Shown piece by piece: positions 22,474 through 33,143 of a stretch of DNA of 64,000 nucleotides. This stretch comes from Phycisphaerae bacterium. Its GTDB lineage: Bacteria > Planctomycetota > Phycisphaerae > UBA1845 > Fen-1342. The DNA lies in assembly GCA_963675745.2 (NCBI GenBank), contig CAXXWX010000015.1, positions 96,001 through 160,000 of the forward strand. Direction: 5' to 3'. Position numbers and translations under genes: made by a program. The number at the start of each line of letters is the position of its first letter. Positions within the stretch are counted from its first letter, which is position 1. The notes beneath the pieces are model-generated. The model was not told the DNA's origin. It was given only the letters and a program-made list of their open reading frames with translations, and did no database searches.

Positions 22474-22920
22474 TTAGCCGACTTTGAGGGTCACCAGCGG
22501 GGGCGCGTGCATGTTACACGGCGTACCCAACATATCTGCCAGCGTTATGGACGCGAGTGATTGCCGTACGCGCTCGTTCAGCTCAACCATGCCGTTATGG
22601 GCTGAGCAGGGCCTGCCCGTCGTAATGGGGCACTCGCGTTCATGCAGGCAATCTTCCTCGGCGCCCGTGGCCAGCGCGTCGATGACGTCCAGGACCGAGA
22701 TATCTTCCAAACCCAATGCCAGCCGGTATCCGCCGGCTCGACCGCGTTCGGCTGCCACGTAGCCGCACCCGTGCAGGATCTGGAGCACCTTGGCGGCTTG
22801 TTCGGGGGGCACCTGCATGGACTCAGCGATGACTGACGCGGAACACACGGCGCCCAGCTTCTGCCGGCTCAGGTAACACAGCACGTAAATGGCGTGGATG
22901 GCAGGTTTGTGAAACAACAT
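22474..22920 (-). CDS. Rrf2-family transcriptional regulator with three C-terminal Cys (IscR/NsrR-like)
   Basis: AAKVLQILHGCGYVAAERGRAGGYRLA, ISVLDVIDA, C-x5-C-x7-C; start re-assigned to ATG 22920. Confidence 0.92.
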   Translation of the reverse strand: MLFHKPAIHAIYVLCYLSRQKLGAVCSASVIAESMQVPPEQAAKVLQILHGCGYVAAERGRAGGYRLALGLEDISVLDVIDALATGAEEDCLHERECPITTGRPCSAHNGMVELNERVRQSLASITLADMLGTPCNMHAPPLVTLKVG

Positions 22921-23235
22921 CGCCGCGCGCCTGTACGATTGAGCCAAAGGCAACCGGACCGTCCAGGTTACCACCATGATTATCGCCGAATCTGGTCGGA
23001 ATGCCAAGAGAAGTGAGATAAAAAAGTCGGCATTAGTTGTGCAAGCTGACTGGGCATTTGTGGCCACTCTTGCACGCTTCAACGCGTCTGAGGGCTGGGA
23101 ACGCGACATTTCGCGTCCAGACTCCAGGACCAGAGCCAATTGAGCCAGAAGATTGTGACCAGCGTGTGGAGGCCGATCCACCAGCGCGAGCCGCGGCCGC
23201 TGCGCGTTGCGGTTGACTCATCATCACTCGCTGAC

Positions 23236-23706
23236 CTAAGGAGTCGCATGACTTGGTTGAGTACGCGGTTGGCCGGCGGCGTCCAGTGAGGCCGCCGGCT
23301 GTGATGTTGGTGTCGGCACCACTATCGCGCCTTCATCGAGCACGCTCACGCGTGTGGCGACAACGCGCGGAGCCATCATGCCGCGATAGAGCAACCCGTG
23401 AGCCTCGACGCGCATGCCGACACGCAGATCCGCGGGTGTCAACGGCCGACCGTTGAGAAGGATAGCGCAGTCATCGGCAATCTCGCCGGTCAGGGGAAAA
23501 CGCTGCTGTGTCTTGGGGTGAATGAACTCGAGCGTCGCGGTACGTGCCTGCGGGTCGATTTCCAGAATGGTGCCCTTGATGGAGCGCTCAATCGGCGTGG
23601 TCGCGCGTACGGCGTACCAGATTCCAGCGCCGATGATGACGACGATGCCCGCCAGCGTGATGGTCAGCCGTACAGCCGATTTATTTGACACAACTGAATC
23701 TCCCAA
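23236..23706 (-). CDS. Hypothetical membrane-anchored protein (OB-fold-like)
   Basis: N-terminal TM helix; GTILEIDP...ADLRVGMRVEAHG. Confidence 0.65.
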   Translation of the reverse strand: MGDSVVSNKSAVRLTITLAGIVVIIGAGIWYAVRATTPIERSIKGTILEIDPQARTATLEFIHPKTQQRFPLTGEIADDCAILLNGRPLTPADLRVGMRVEAHGLLYRGMMAPRVVATRVSVLDEGAIVVPTPTSQPAASLDAAGQPRTQPSHATP

Positions 23707-23946
23707 CGGCCGGTTTCACACAACGTCACCCATCCTGCGGCGCGTTCAGACCGCGGTGCGGCAAGCCACTCGTCAAAAGCGGGTGTTGCGGGATTGTATA
23801 GGTAATCACGTCGGGAAACGAACCCGAAGTGGCGCGCGGCAGCCTCGTGCACGGTGCCCGGGCGATTGCACGTGCGACGTGTTTCGGTAACACTGTCGTG
23901 ACTTATGGGGGATGGATCTGCATCGCAAACGAGGGAAGCTGGCTCA

Positions 23947-24855
23947 ATGGAAGATCGCGGGCACCTGATGACCGAGCTGCGTAACCAGCGCTCGATGCGG
24001 ATCGACCGCATGAGCATTGCTGAAGCGGTCGAACTGCTGAACGCCGAAGACGCCACCATCACGCAGGCGGTGGCGGCCGCCAAAGGTGATATCTGCCAGG
24101 CGATCGAGCTGGTTGTCGCGGCGTTTGAGGCCGGCGGGCGATTGATATACGTGGGGGCCGGCACGAGCGGGCGCCTGGGCGTGCTGGACGCTTCCGAATG
24201 TCCGCCCACATTTCTCTCTGATCCCCGCATGGTGCAAGGCGTGATCGCGGGTGGATGGGACGCGCTGCGGCGTGCGGTCGAGGGCGCCGAGGACTACCCC
24301 GAGCAGGCCGCGGCCAAGATGGACGAGATGGACGTCGGCCCACACGACGTCGTCATGGGCATCAGCACGGGCGGCACAACGCCGTACGTACACGGTGCCC
24401 TGGAGCGCGCGCGGCAGCGCGGCGCAAAGACGATCTTCTTCGGCTGCGTAACCGGCGAGCACGTCACCGACGAGGCGGACGTGTCGATCCGCGTACTGGT
24501 TGGCCCCGAGGTCGTCACCGGCAGCACGCGTCTCAAGGCCGGCACCGCCACCAAGATGGTGCTGAACATGATCACGACGGTGGCCATGGTGCGGATCGGC
24601 AAGGTCTACGAAAACCTGATGGTCGATGTGAACACGCACACCAACAAGAAACTGGTTGACCGCGGTACGCGGATGATCCTGACCGTCACCGGGCTTGCTC
24701 GCCCGGAGGCCGCCGATCTGCTGCAGCGCTCGGGCGGCCATGTGAAGACGGCCCTGGTGATGCACGCCCGGGGCGTGACGCGCGAGGAGGCTGAGCGACT
24801 GCTCGCCGAAAACCATGGTCACGTGGCCCGGATACTCGAGGAGAAGCCGGCATGA
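23947..24855 (+). CDS. murQ: N-acetylmuramic acid 6-phosphate etherase
   Basis: TELRN, GAGTSGRLGVLDASECPPTF, EGAED, GPEVVTGSTRLKAGTATK, GKVYENLMVD. Confidence 0.97.
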   Translation: MEDRGHLMTELRNQRSMRIDRMSIAEAVELLNAEDATITQAVAAAKGDICQAIELVVAAFEAGGRLIYVGAGTSGRLGVLDASECPPTFLSDPRMVQGVIAGGWDALRRAVEGAEDYPEQAAAKMDEMDVGPHDVVMGISTGGTTPYVHGALERARQRGAKTIFFGCVTGEHVTDEADVSIRVLVGPEVVTGSTRLKAGTATKMVLNMITTVAMVRIGKVYENLMVDVNTHTNKKLVDRGTRMILTVTGLARPEAADLLQRSGGHVKTALVMHARGVTREEAERLLAENHGHVARILEEKPA

Positions 24856-26879
24856 ACGACCCCCTGCTTGCATCGCTCAGCTCGCAGTTCACCTGGATCG
24901 ACTGGGGGGTGGTGATCGGGTACCTGGCGTTCACGACGTGGCTGGGCGCGTCGCTGGCCGGTAAGCAGGCGACCGTCCGCGACTTCTTTCTGGGGGGCCG
25001 CAAGCTGCCGTGGTATGCCGTCAGCGGCTCGATTGTCGCCACCGAGATCAGCGCCCTGACGTTCGTGAGCGTGCCCTTCGTGGTGTTCAACTCGGGCATC
25101 GAAGGCAACTTCAAGTACCTTCAGCTCGGCGTGATGGGATCGCTGTTCGCGCGCATCATCGTCGGCTATGTGCTGGTGCCGGTGTATTACAAGCGTGAGA
25201 TCTACAGCCCATACGACTACATGGGCAATCAGCTTGGCGGCCACGTGCGCGGCATGACCAGCGTTTTGTTTTCGCTCGGCGGGATCCTCGGGCAGTCCGC
25301 CCGCGTGTATCTGACCGCCGAGGTGGTCAACGTCGTGCTCCGCGACCAACTGGCCTGGCTGACCGCCCAAGCCGGGCTGAACGAGCTGGCGTGGTCGCTG
25401 ATCATCATCGGCGTCGTTTCGGTAGCCTGGACGCTGATCGGCGGGATCACCACCGTGATCTGGACCGACGTGATCCTGTTCCTGGTCTTTCTGCTGGGCG
25501 CCTTCGTGGCCCTCGGAACGGTGGCGTACAACCTGGAGGGGGGCTGGGCCGAGATGTTCAGAGTGGGCTGGGCGGCCAAGGAGAGCGGCGCTTGGGGCAA
25601 ATTCACTTTCTTTGACTTCAGCTTGAGCCCGCTGCGGCAGTACACGATCTGGACCGCCGCGATCGCGAGCACCTGGGGCGGGCTTGGCGCATACGGCACG
25701 GACCAGTTGCTGGCGCAGCGGATGTTTTGCTGCAAGGACGCCCGCGATGCCCGCTGGGCGATTATCGCCAGCACGCTCGGCCAGATTGTCACGCTGACGG
25801 TTATGCTGGTGGGTGTCGGGCTGTTCGCCTACTACAAATCACAGCCCGCACCCGAGGAGCTGGCCGAGGCCAAGGCGCAGCTCGTTGCCGCCGGAGAGCT
25901 GGCGGCCGACGCCGAACTCCCGCAGCACCCAGCGTATCCGCGTCTGTACGGCGAGGCGTATGAGGTATTCCACGTAACCGAACCTGACGGCAAGAAGGCC
26001 GAGAAGGGCGACCGCATCTTCCCAATTTTCATTCTCGAGCGCGTCCCACGCGGGCTGAAGGGACTGATCATCGCCGCCATCTTTGCCGCCGCCATTTCCA
26101 GCCTCATGGGCATCCTTACGGCATTGAGTCAAGTCGTGATGTCAGCCTTCTACAACCCGCTGCGCGAGCGCTACTTGAGAAGCAAGGGCATCACAGTGTC
26201 ACTCTCGGGAGACATTGAGGCGCTCGCCGATCGGGGTGATACCTCCGCCGAGGACAAGCGCTCCGTCCTCGTCAGCCGGTTGATGGTGCTTTTCTGGGGC
26301 GTGGTCCTGTGCTACATGGCCTACGTCGCCGCTGACGTGCGCGAGCACTACAAGTCCATTCTCGACCTCGGTCTGGCGATGGTCGGCTACACCGGCGGCG
26401 CGCTGCTCGCCGGCTTTGCGCTGTCCTTCCTGCCGCTGAAAATCGACGGCCGCGGATTCATGTACTCCGCCCCGCTCTCGGTGGTGAGCGTCTTCGCCAC
26501 GGTCTGGCACCAGGGCTGGACACACGGCGTGTGCTGGACCTTTGCGATCATCCTGCTGCTCGTGTGGATCTGGCACCTGATGAGCGAGGCGATAGCCGTC
26601 GTGGCGCTGGACGACGACCGTCAACGCCAACGCCGCGCGCTCTCACTAGTTTTGCGCGACTGGCCGCAGACGATCATACTGCTCGTCGGCCTGGCGCTCT
26701 TGTTGTGGCTCAACTACTACGGATTCTGGCCGGGTAAACCTGCCGAAGACGGCAGCCCGACGTACCTGACGATCGCCTGGCCCTGGTATGCTCCGCTGGG
26801 CAGCACGATCGCGTTCGTGTGGGGCTATCTGCTCGCACGCAGAAAGATCGAGCCAGACGTGGCATCCGCGGGTGCATGA
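24852..26879 (+). CDS. Sodium:solute symporter (SSS) family transporter
   Basis: DFFLGGRKLPW, SIVATEISA, VIWTDVI, YGTDQLLAQR, GLIIAAIFAAAISS; ATGA overlap with murQ. Confidence 0.93.
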   Translation: MNDPLLASLSSQFTWIDWGVVIGYLAFTTWLGASLAGKQATVRDFFLGGRKLPWYAVSGSIVATEISALTFVSVPFVVFNSGIEGNFKYLQLGVMGSLFARIIVGYVLVPVYYKREIYSPYDYMGNQLGGHVRGMTSVLFSLGGILGQSARVYLTAEVVNVVLRDQLAWLTAQAGLNELAWSLIIIGVVSVAWTLIGGITTVIWTDVILFLVFLLGAFVALGTVAYNLEGGWAEMFRVGWAAKESGAWGKFTFFDFSLSPLRQYTIWTAAIASTWGGLGAYGTDQLLAQRMFCCKDARDARWAIIASTLGQIVTLTVMLVGVGLFAYYKSQPAPEELAEAKAQLVAAGELAADAELPQHPAYPRLYGEAYEVFHVTEPDGKKAEKGDRIFPIFILERVPRGLKGLIIAAIFAAAISSLMGILTALSQVVMSAFYNPLRERYLRSKGITVSLSGDIEALADRGDTSAEDKRSVLVSRLMVLFWGVVLCYMAYVAADVREHYKSILDLGLAMVGYTGGALLAGFALSFLPLKIDGRGFMYSAPLSVVSVFATVWHQGWTHGVCWTFAIILLLVWIWHLMSEAIAVVALDDDRQRQRRALSLVLRDWPQTIILLVGLALLLWLNYYGFWPGKPAEDGSPTYLTIAWPWYAPLGSTIAFVWGYLLARRKIEPDVASAGA

Positions 26880-26941
26880 CCTCGCTTCGTCCCAGATGTG
26901 CGCAGCGCATCGCATCGCCTGACAAGGCCCGGAGGAAAGGC

Positions 26942-28153
26942 GTGAGAAATACCACTTGTTGCCGACTCGCCGCTACGACGGCACTAGGCTTGATGATGAT
27001 GGTCTCGGTTGGTTGCCAGAGCGGTCCGGAGGTGCGGTCGCCGATGCGGGCGATCTGGGTCACGCGGTACGACTACACCACCGCCGACCACGTTAAAAGA
27101 ATCATCGCCGACTGCGACGACGCGGGCTTCAACACCGTGCTCTTCCAGGTGCGCGGCAACGGGACCGCGTTCTATGACTCCAACCTCGAACCCTGGGCCG
27201 ACGAGCTCGGCGGCACCGATCCGGGGTACGACCCACTGGCCCTGGCGTGCGCGGAAGCTCATGCCCGTGGCATGGATCTGCACGCCTGGGTCAACGTCAT
27301 GCCGGCCTGGCGCGGTCGCACCCCGCCCACCAAGGCCGAGCAGCTTTACAACCAGCATCCCGAGTGGTTCTGGTACGCCGCGGACGGTCAAAGGCAGGCG
27401 CTCACGTCGTTTTACGTGAGTCTGAACCCCTGTCTGCCGGAGGTGCGCGACTACCTGGTGGCAGTCTTCGAGGATCTGGTGTCGCGGTACGAGATTGACG
27501 GTCTGCACATGGACTACATCCGGTTTCCCAACGAGCGGCCGGAGCGCGGCGCGGCCGACCTGCCCGATTTCCCCCGCGACGCGCGCACGCTTGCTCTCTA
27601 CAAACAGGACACCGGCAAAACGCCTGACGAAGACATCGAGGCCTGGAACAAGTGGCGTACCGCGCAGGTTTCCCGGCTGGTCGCGGACATTCACGACATG
27701 ATGCGCCGCGCGAAGGCCGACGCGGCCTTGTCGGCTTCGGTGGGCTCGGTGCGCGAGAACGCGCTGCGACACTTCCAGGACGGCCGCCGCTGGATGGACG
27801 AGGGTGATCTCGATTTCGCCATTCTCATGAACTACACCGACAGCCCGGAGGAGTTCGCGCAGCGCATAGAACCGTGGCTCGCCGATCGCCCGGACGTGCC
27901 GGTTGTACCGGGACTTTGGTTCGGGCGTCACCAGGGCAAGCCGGTCGAAGAGGCGACCGACGCGGTTCAACAGCAGATCGACATCGCGCGCGAGCAGACC
28001 GGTAACTTCTGCATTTTCGCGTACGCCTCTCTGTTCGACTCTCCCGACGAAGAGCTCACCGACCAGTCCGAGGCGCAGAAGCGTCGTCGTCAGACGCGCC
28101 GCGAGATTCTCCTGCCGTCGCTGCGCGAGCTTGCCGAACAGGACGGCGCGTAA
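26942..28153 (+). CDS. Glycoside hydrolase-like 10 (DUF187, YddW/DigH-like) lipoprotein
   Basis: Lipobox SVGC; RAIWV, NTVLFQVR, YDPLA, LHAWVN, YEIDGLHMDYIRFP; GGAGG RBS before GTG 26942. Confidence 0.9.
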   Translation: MRNTTCCRLAATTALGLMMMVSVGCQSGPEVRSPMRAIWVTRYDYTTADHVKRIIADCDDAGFNTVLFQVRGNGTAFYDSNLEPWADELGGTDPGYDPLALACAEAHARGMDLHAWVNVMPAWRGRTPPTKAEQLYNQHPEWFWYAADGQRQALTSFYVSLNPCLPEVRDYLVAVFEDLVSRYEIDGLHMDYIRFPNERPERGAADLPDFPRDARTLALYKQDTGKTPDEDIEAWNKWRTAQVSRLVADIHDMMRRAKADAALSASVGSVRENALRHFQDGRRWMDEGDLDFAILMNYTDSPEEFAQRIEPWLADRPDVPVVPGLWFGRHQGKPVEEATDAVQQQIDIAREQTGNFCIFAYASLFDSPDEELTDQSEAQKRRRQTRREILLPSLRELAEQDGA

Positions 28154-28214
28154 GGCCCGCGCGACCATTGTAATTCGATTGCCGCGTTGCTACGCTTGTT
28201 TGAGGAGGTGAACG

Positions 28215-29834
28215 ATGGCCCTCGCGACCAGGCCGCGTCTGCGCGCAATCCTCGTACTGACATCAATCGTCGCCTTGCTGGCTCCCAGCGCCGTAGCGCA
28301 AGATCCCGAGTTCCGCGCGATGTGGGCAACGCGTTTCGAGTGGCCTTATCCTGACGAAGGCATATGCAAGTCCATCATCATCTCGCTCATGCAGGACCTG
28401 GCCGATGCGAACTTCAACGCCGTTTTCTTTCAAGTGCGGGGCCAGGCGGACGTGCTGTACCCGTCGCCGTACGAGGTCTGGTCACCACTGATCGGCGGCA
28501 GTGACCCGGGGTGGGATCCGCTGGAGTTCGCGATAGACACCGCCCATCTGCTGGGGCTCGAGTTTCACGCGTACATCAACACACACACCTGCTGGCAAAG
28601 CTATCCCGCCACGGCACAGACATTGCCGGACGACCCCAATCATATCTTTTACGCGCACTGCAACCTGGCCGATCCGGATGCGCACGACTGGCTCTACTAC
28701 AACGAAGTTGAGCAGCCAGCGCAGTTCGGTGCCGGTAATTACGTCTGGTTTGCGCCCGGCGTGCCAGCTTATCAGGCGTACATTCGGCAGCAGGTGCTGT
28801 ACGTCGTCGAGAATTACGACGTGGACGGCGTACACTTCGACCGCATCCGTACTCAGGGCGCGGGGCAACCTTCGCGTGACCCAATAAGCCTGCTGCGCCA
28901 GTTCACGCCGCAGAGTAATCCGGAAAACCTGCCGCTAACCGAATGGACGGCCGACCAGATAACGCGCACCGTGCGGGACATGTACGCCGCCATCATGGTC
29001 GTCAAACCACACGTCAAGGTCAGCGCCGCTGTGCTTTACGACTTCAACGCCTCGCGCGTCAGCCAGCATCAGGATTCGATGGCGTGGGCGCATGACGGCG
29101 CGATGGACATGCTGGTGCCGATGATGTACTTCACCGGGGGCGCGGACTCCACGTGGGACTACCTGTTGCAGGCATGGCTGTACGATCTACAGGGCGCCAA
29201 CACGCAGCTTGTGGCCGGCCACAGCAGCGGCCAGGGGCCGGGATCGCTAATCGAGCAGGTGTCCCTGACGCGCCAGCGCGGGGCGGCCGGCAACAGCATT
29301 TTCTCGTGGAGTTCATTTCATTACTGGAATGACTACGAGGCTACGGTGTACCAGAACGCCGCCGCTGTTCCCCCGATGCCGTGGAAAGACACGCCTGCGA
29401 CGGGAATAGTCTACGGCTACGTCACCGACCCCAACGGCATGCCGGTCGTCGATGCCCAGATCCACATGGCGGGAAGGTCCGACGTAGCGTTATCGAGTGC
29501 GGACGGGTTTTACTCGTTCCTGCAAGTTACTCCCGGCAGCCACACGCTGACGGCGGCGCATCCGGAGTACGTCTGGCTGACTGTCCCTGACGTGGTGGTC
29601 GTCGCCGGCGAGACCCCACGTGTTGACATGGCCTTTACCGAGTCCGCGCCGCCGGGCGATTTCAACGACAATGGCGTGGTCGATCAGGGCGACTTTCCCA
29701 TGTTCTTGTTCTGCATGCGGGGGCCGGATTCCGCGTTCGTGGTCGGGCATACCTGTGCCCGAGGTGACGCGGACATCGACCTGGACGTTGACCTGATGGA
29801 TCTGGCGGCGTTTCAGGCGAACATGGGCGGTTGA
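28215..29834 (+). CDS. Secreted GHL10 hydrolase with Ig-like domain and C-terminal dockerin-like domain
   Basis: EFRAMW, NAVFFQVRG, YDVDGVHFDRIR, PMMY; tail GDFNDNGVVDQGDF...GDADIDLDVDLMDL. Confidence 0.9.
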   Translation: MALATRPRLRAILVLTSIVALLAPSAVAQDPEFRAMWATRFEWPYPDEGICKSIIISLMQDLADANFNAVFFQVRGQADVLYPSPYEVWSPLIGGSDPGWDPLEFAIDTAHLLGLEFHAYINTHTCWQSYPATAQTLPDDPNHIFYAHCNLADPDAHDWLYYNEVEQPAQFGAGNYVWFAPGVPAYQAYIRQQVLYVVENYDVDGVHFDRIRTQGAGQPSRDPISLLRQFTPQSNPENLPLTEWTADQITRTVRDMYAAIMVVKPHVKVSAAVLYDFNASRVSQHQDSMAWAHDGAMDMLVPMMYFTGGADSTWDYLLQAWLYDLQGANTQLVAGHSSGQGPGSLIEQVSLTRQRGAAGNSIFSWSSFHYWNDYEATVYQNAAAVPPMPWKDTPATGIVYGYVTDPNGMPVVDAQIHMAGRSDVALSSADGFYSFLQVTPGSHTLTAAHPEYVWLTVPDVVVVAGETPRVDMAFTESAPPGDFNDNGVVDQGDFPMFLFCMRGPDSAFVVGHTCARGDADIDLDVDLMDLAAFQANMGG

Positions 29835-30016
29835 TACGCACTGACAACGTCCGATAGCTAGTCAGGCCGGCCTTGAATCGGCCCAGCCGCCCGTTGTACA
29901 CTGGCTTATAAGATCTGGAGGCGGAGACTCGCGCTGTCTTCCTCATCCGCACCGCGCACCTGTCCGACGAAGTGCGCGGAAGCTCATCAAGTGCGCGCAC
30001 CCGAGGACTAAATATT

Positions 30017-33000
30017 ATGCGACCCAAGACAAGTTACCGGCTCTCGGCGGCTGTGATTGTCGCCGCCGTGGTTCTATCCAGCACCAGTGCAGTCGAACAG
30101 GGGAGTGGCGTGCCTGCAGCCTTCGTGTCGGCGCCTGGCGCCAACAGCCTGGCCGACGGCGCACCGCAGGACTACGACGCGATCGCCGGCGCCCTGCACG
30201 CGGCCACAGCGAGTTTGACCGAAGCCGGCAACTACCTGTTGCCGCCGGGAACCACCACCGACAGCGTGGCCTGGGACGGCAATGTCATGGTGATTCACCT
30301 GACAATACCGTTCGAGACCAGCGACTGGTGGCTGTCGCCGCTTGACATGGAGACCCTGGGGCTCGTCATGGGCAGCCCTTACAGGGATGATCCAGCCTTT
30401 GGCGGCACGCGCGTGCGTGCGCGTGTCGGCGTTGATCAGCCATATGACACGTTGGAGCAGTTCCTGCTGGTGCCGCCGTATTCGCCGGCGGACGTGCAAC
30501 CCTCGATCGACGAGACTGAGGGAGCGCTAAGCGATAGACCGGCGACGAGTATGGGTGGCGAGACGGCGTTCGGCGGCCCGACCGCGAATGCGGCGCGGCA
30601 ACCGACGGGCGCGCTCAGCGGCGTGGTTGTGTATGCCTCGGCCGGGCACGGTTGGACGGCAAACGACACGCGCTGGTACTTGCAGCGCCCGGTCCTGCTC
30701 GACATGGCCGAAGATTACGGCAATATCGATCAGCTCAATTACTTCGTACATTACGCCTTTAACGCCGGTGCTACTGTCGTGCCCATGCGGCCAGTGGGGT
30801 GGCAGCCGATCGAGATCGTGCTGGACAACGATGATGCGGGGGTGACCTACGCCGGCGCGTGGAGCGACAGCACCGCGGCCAAGTACTACGAGAACGGCAC
30901 GGTTTTGTCCGGCGTGTCGTATCGGTATTCGACGGCGAACGTGACCGAGACGGCCACCGCGCGATACACGCCGACCATTGCCGTAACCGACTTCTATCCC
31001 GTCTATTGCTTTGCGCTGGCCAGCACGAATCGCACGCTGCAGACTTATCGCGTGAGCCATAGCGGCGGCATCAGCGAGATCACCATCGATCATCGCGACG
31101 TCGGCAGTGGTTGGATCTGGCTGGGTGATTACTACTGTGAGGCCGGCGGCGACAACTATGTCGAAATAACAAACATGTCGCCGGAAGCCGGCGTGGTTGT
31201 CGCTGACGCGATCCGCTGGGGCGGCGGGATTGGCGACATTGTGCGGCCCGGTCCGGGGACGATCAGCGGCTATCCCCGCGATGAAGAGTGCCAGCGTTAC
31301 TGGGCCCATAGCGAGTTCGGCAACAACGCCGCCGGCTTCGACTCGGGCATCTGGGATATCCCCGGCTCCAGCGACGGTAGCGACAACGTAGGCACCGGGG
31401 CGCGCGTGGCGCGCGAGATGAACCAGGTTCCCGCGGGTGGCGTGCAGGTCGATCGCTGGAAACGGATTCACCTGGAGTTTCATACGAACGCATCCGGTGG
31501 AACCGCGCGGGGGCAGATTTGCCTGATTACGGATTTGGGGGCCACCACCTATCAGGCGCAGTTCGCGACGACGCTGGCCGACGAAGTTGATGCGGATCTG
31601 TTGCTGATCGATGACGAGTTTGAGCACCAGTGGATCGACCGCACCAGTTCGACCTATACCAGCTCGTACGGCGCGATCGCCACTTCCAACAACAGCAATG
31701 AGTTTGATGCGACCATCGTTGAGCTGGCTTTTCACGATAACCAGGACGACGCGGAGTTGCTGCGCGATTGCCGCGTGCGCTCGGCGATGGCCCGCGCGTG
31801 CGTGCACGGGATCATCCGTTTCCTCAATACGCTGCCCGACAGCCAGGTGCCGCTCGATTTCGCGCCGGATACGCCGCGCAATGTGCGAGTCGAAGACCTC
31901 GGCGGTGGTGACGTTCGCATCTCGTGGCAAGCGCCACTTGTCGATGGAGCCCGGGGCGATGCGGCAACCGGGTATGTTGTGTACCAGTCTTCCAATGGCT
32001 ACGGATTCGGTGACCCCGTCATCCTCGGCGACGTTTTGACAACCACCATCTCGGGCGTCGCGGTCGGCGAGACGCGGTACTTCCGCGTGGCCGCCACGAA
32101 TGACGGCGGTGAATCTATGCCCTCAGAAGTGCTCGCCGTGCGACGACCCACCGAAGGCACCGCCAACGTGCTGATCGTCAACGGGTTTGACCGGCTGAGG
32201 CGTCAGATTAACCCGATCCAGACGTTCACGCAGCCGGTGGAGTATGCCGGCGACTGGATCGAGCGTCAGATGTGGCGCGAGGCAAACGCGTTCGACTATG
32301 TCGTGGAGCACGCCGAAGCGCTTGCGGCCAACAACTTCGCCTTCGCGATGTGCTCGAATGATGCGGCGATCGCGTCAGCCGTGAACCTGGGCGACTATGA
32401 CGTTGTCGTGTGGATTCTGGGCACCGAGAGCACGGAAGATGTGACCTTCACCGCGTTTGAACAGACGCTGGTGTCGGACTTTCTCAATGACGGCGGAGCA
32501 CTGTTCGTCACGGGCTCGGAGATCGTGTGGGACCTGGTCGCCAACGGCGCCGGTTCCAGCTTCGCGCAGGATACGCTGCGCGTGGGTTACAGCGGCGACG
32601 ATGCCGACAGCTATCTCGTCAGCGGCGCGGCGGGCAGCATTCTGAGCGATATGGGCTCCTTCGACTTCGACCCGGCCAACGGTGCGGCATACGACGCCAC
32701 CAGCCCGGACCGGCTCGCGGTTGGCACCGACGCGGTGGCCTGCCTCAACTACCTGGGTGGTTCCGGCGGGGTGGCGGGCGTGCAGTACACCGGCCCGATT
32801 TACAACACGGTGGTGTTCGGCTTCCCGTTTGAGACCATCAGTTCACCCACCGTGCGGGCGGATGTCATGCAGCGCGTCGTTGACTTCCTCGAAACCGCGA
32901 TCGGCCCACTGCCTTTTGACAAGGACCGCGACAACGACGTCGACTTCACTGACTTTGCCTGGTTCGTTTTCTGCTTCCACGGGCCGGATGACACTTATAC

Positions 33001-33097
33001 GGCCGGGCACCTGTGCCACGACCTGGACGGCGATGGCGACGCCGACGTGGATGTCCAGGACTACGCGGCGATGCAGGAAGTGTTTACCGGGCCCTGA
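30017..33097 (+). CDS. Secreted N-acetylmuramoyl-L-alanine amidase (Amidase_3-like) with golvesin-like, FN3 and dockerin-like domains
   Basis: SAGHG, EDYGN, EFHTNA, IVELAFHDN zinc/catalytic residues; VVADAIRWGGG; FN3 YFRVAATNDGGES; tail DKDRDNDVDFTDF...DGDGDADVDVQDY. Confidence 0.85.
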   Translation: MRPKTSYRLSAAVIVAAVVLSSTSAVEQGSGVPAAFVSAPGANSLADGAPQDYDAIAGALHAATASLTEAGNYLLPPGTTTDSVAWDGNVMVIHLTIPFETSDWWLSPLDMETLGLVMGSPYRDDPAFGGTRVRARVGVDQPYDTLEQFLLVPPYSPADVQPSIDETEGALSDRPATSMGGETAFGGPTANAARQPTGALSGVVVYASAGHGWTANDTRWYLQRPVLLDMAEDYGNIDQLNYFVHYAFNAGATVVPMRPVGWQPIEIVLDNDDAGVTYAGAWSDSTAAKYYENGTVLSGVSYRYSTANVTETATARYTPTIAVTDFYPVYCFALASTNRTLQTYRVSHSGGISEITIDHRDVGSGWIWLGDYYCEAGGDNYVEITNMSPEAGVVVADAIRWGGGIGDIVRPGPGTISGYPRDEECQRYWAHSEFGNNAAGFDSGIWDIPGSSDGSDNVGTGARVAREMNQVPAGGVQVDRWKRIHLEFHTNASGGTARGQICLITDLGATTYQAQFATTLADEVDADLLLIDDEFEHQWIDRTSSTYTSSYGAIATSNNSNEFDATIVELAFHDNQDDAELLRDCRVRSAMARACVHGIIRFLNTLPDSQVPLDFAPDTPRNVRVEDLGGGDVRISWQAPLVDGARGDAATGYVVYQSSNGYGFGDPVILGDVLTTTISGVAVGETRYFRVAATNDGGESMPSEVLAVRRPTEGTANVLIVNGFDRLRRQINPIQTFTQPVEYAGDWIERQMWREANAFDYVVEHAEALAANNFAFAMCSNDAAIASAVNLGDYDVVVWILGTESTEDVTFTAFEQTLVSDFLNDGGALFVTGSEIVWDLVANGAGSSFAQDTLRVGYSGDDADSYLVSGAAGSILSDMGSFDFDPANGAAYDATSPDRLAVGTDAVACLNYLGGSGGVAGVQYTGPIYNTVVFGFPFETISSPTVRADVMQRVVDFLETAIGPLPFDKDRDNDVDFTDFAWFVFCFHGPDDTYTAGHLCHDLDGDGDADVDVQDYAAMQEVFTGP

Positions 33098-33143
33098 TCA
33101 GCGCCCGGCGTGGGAGCGGTGGTAACGCGCGTCGCCCTCGCGC

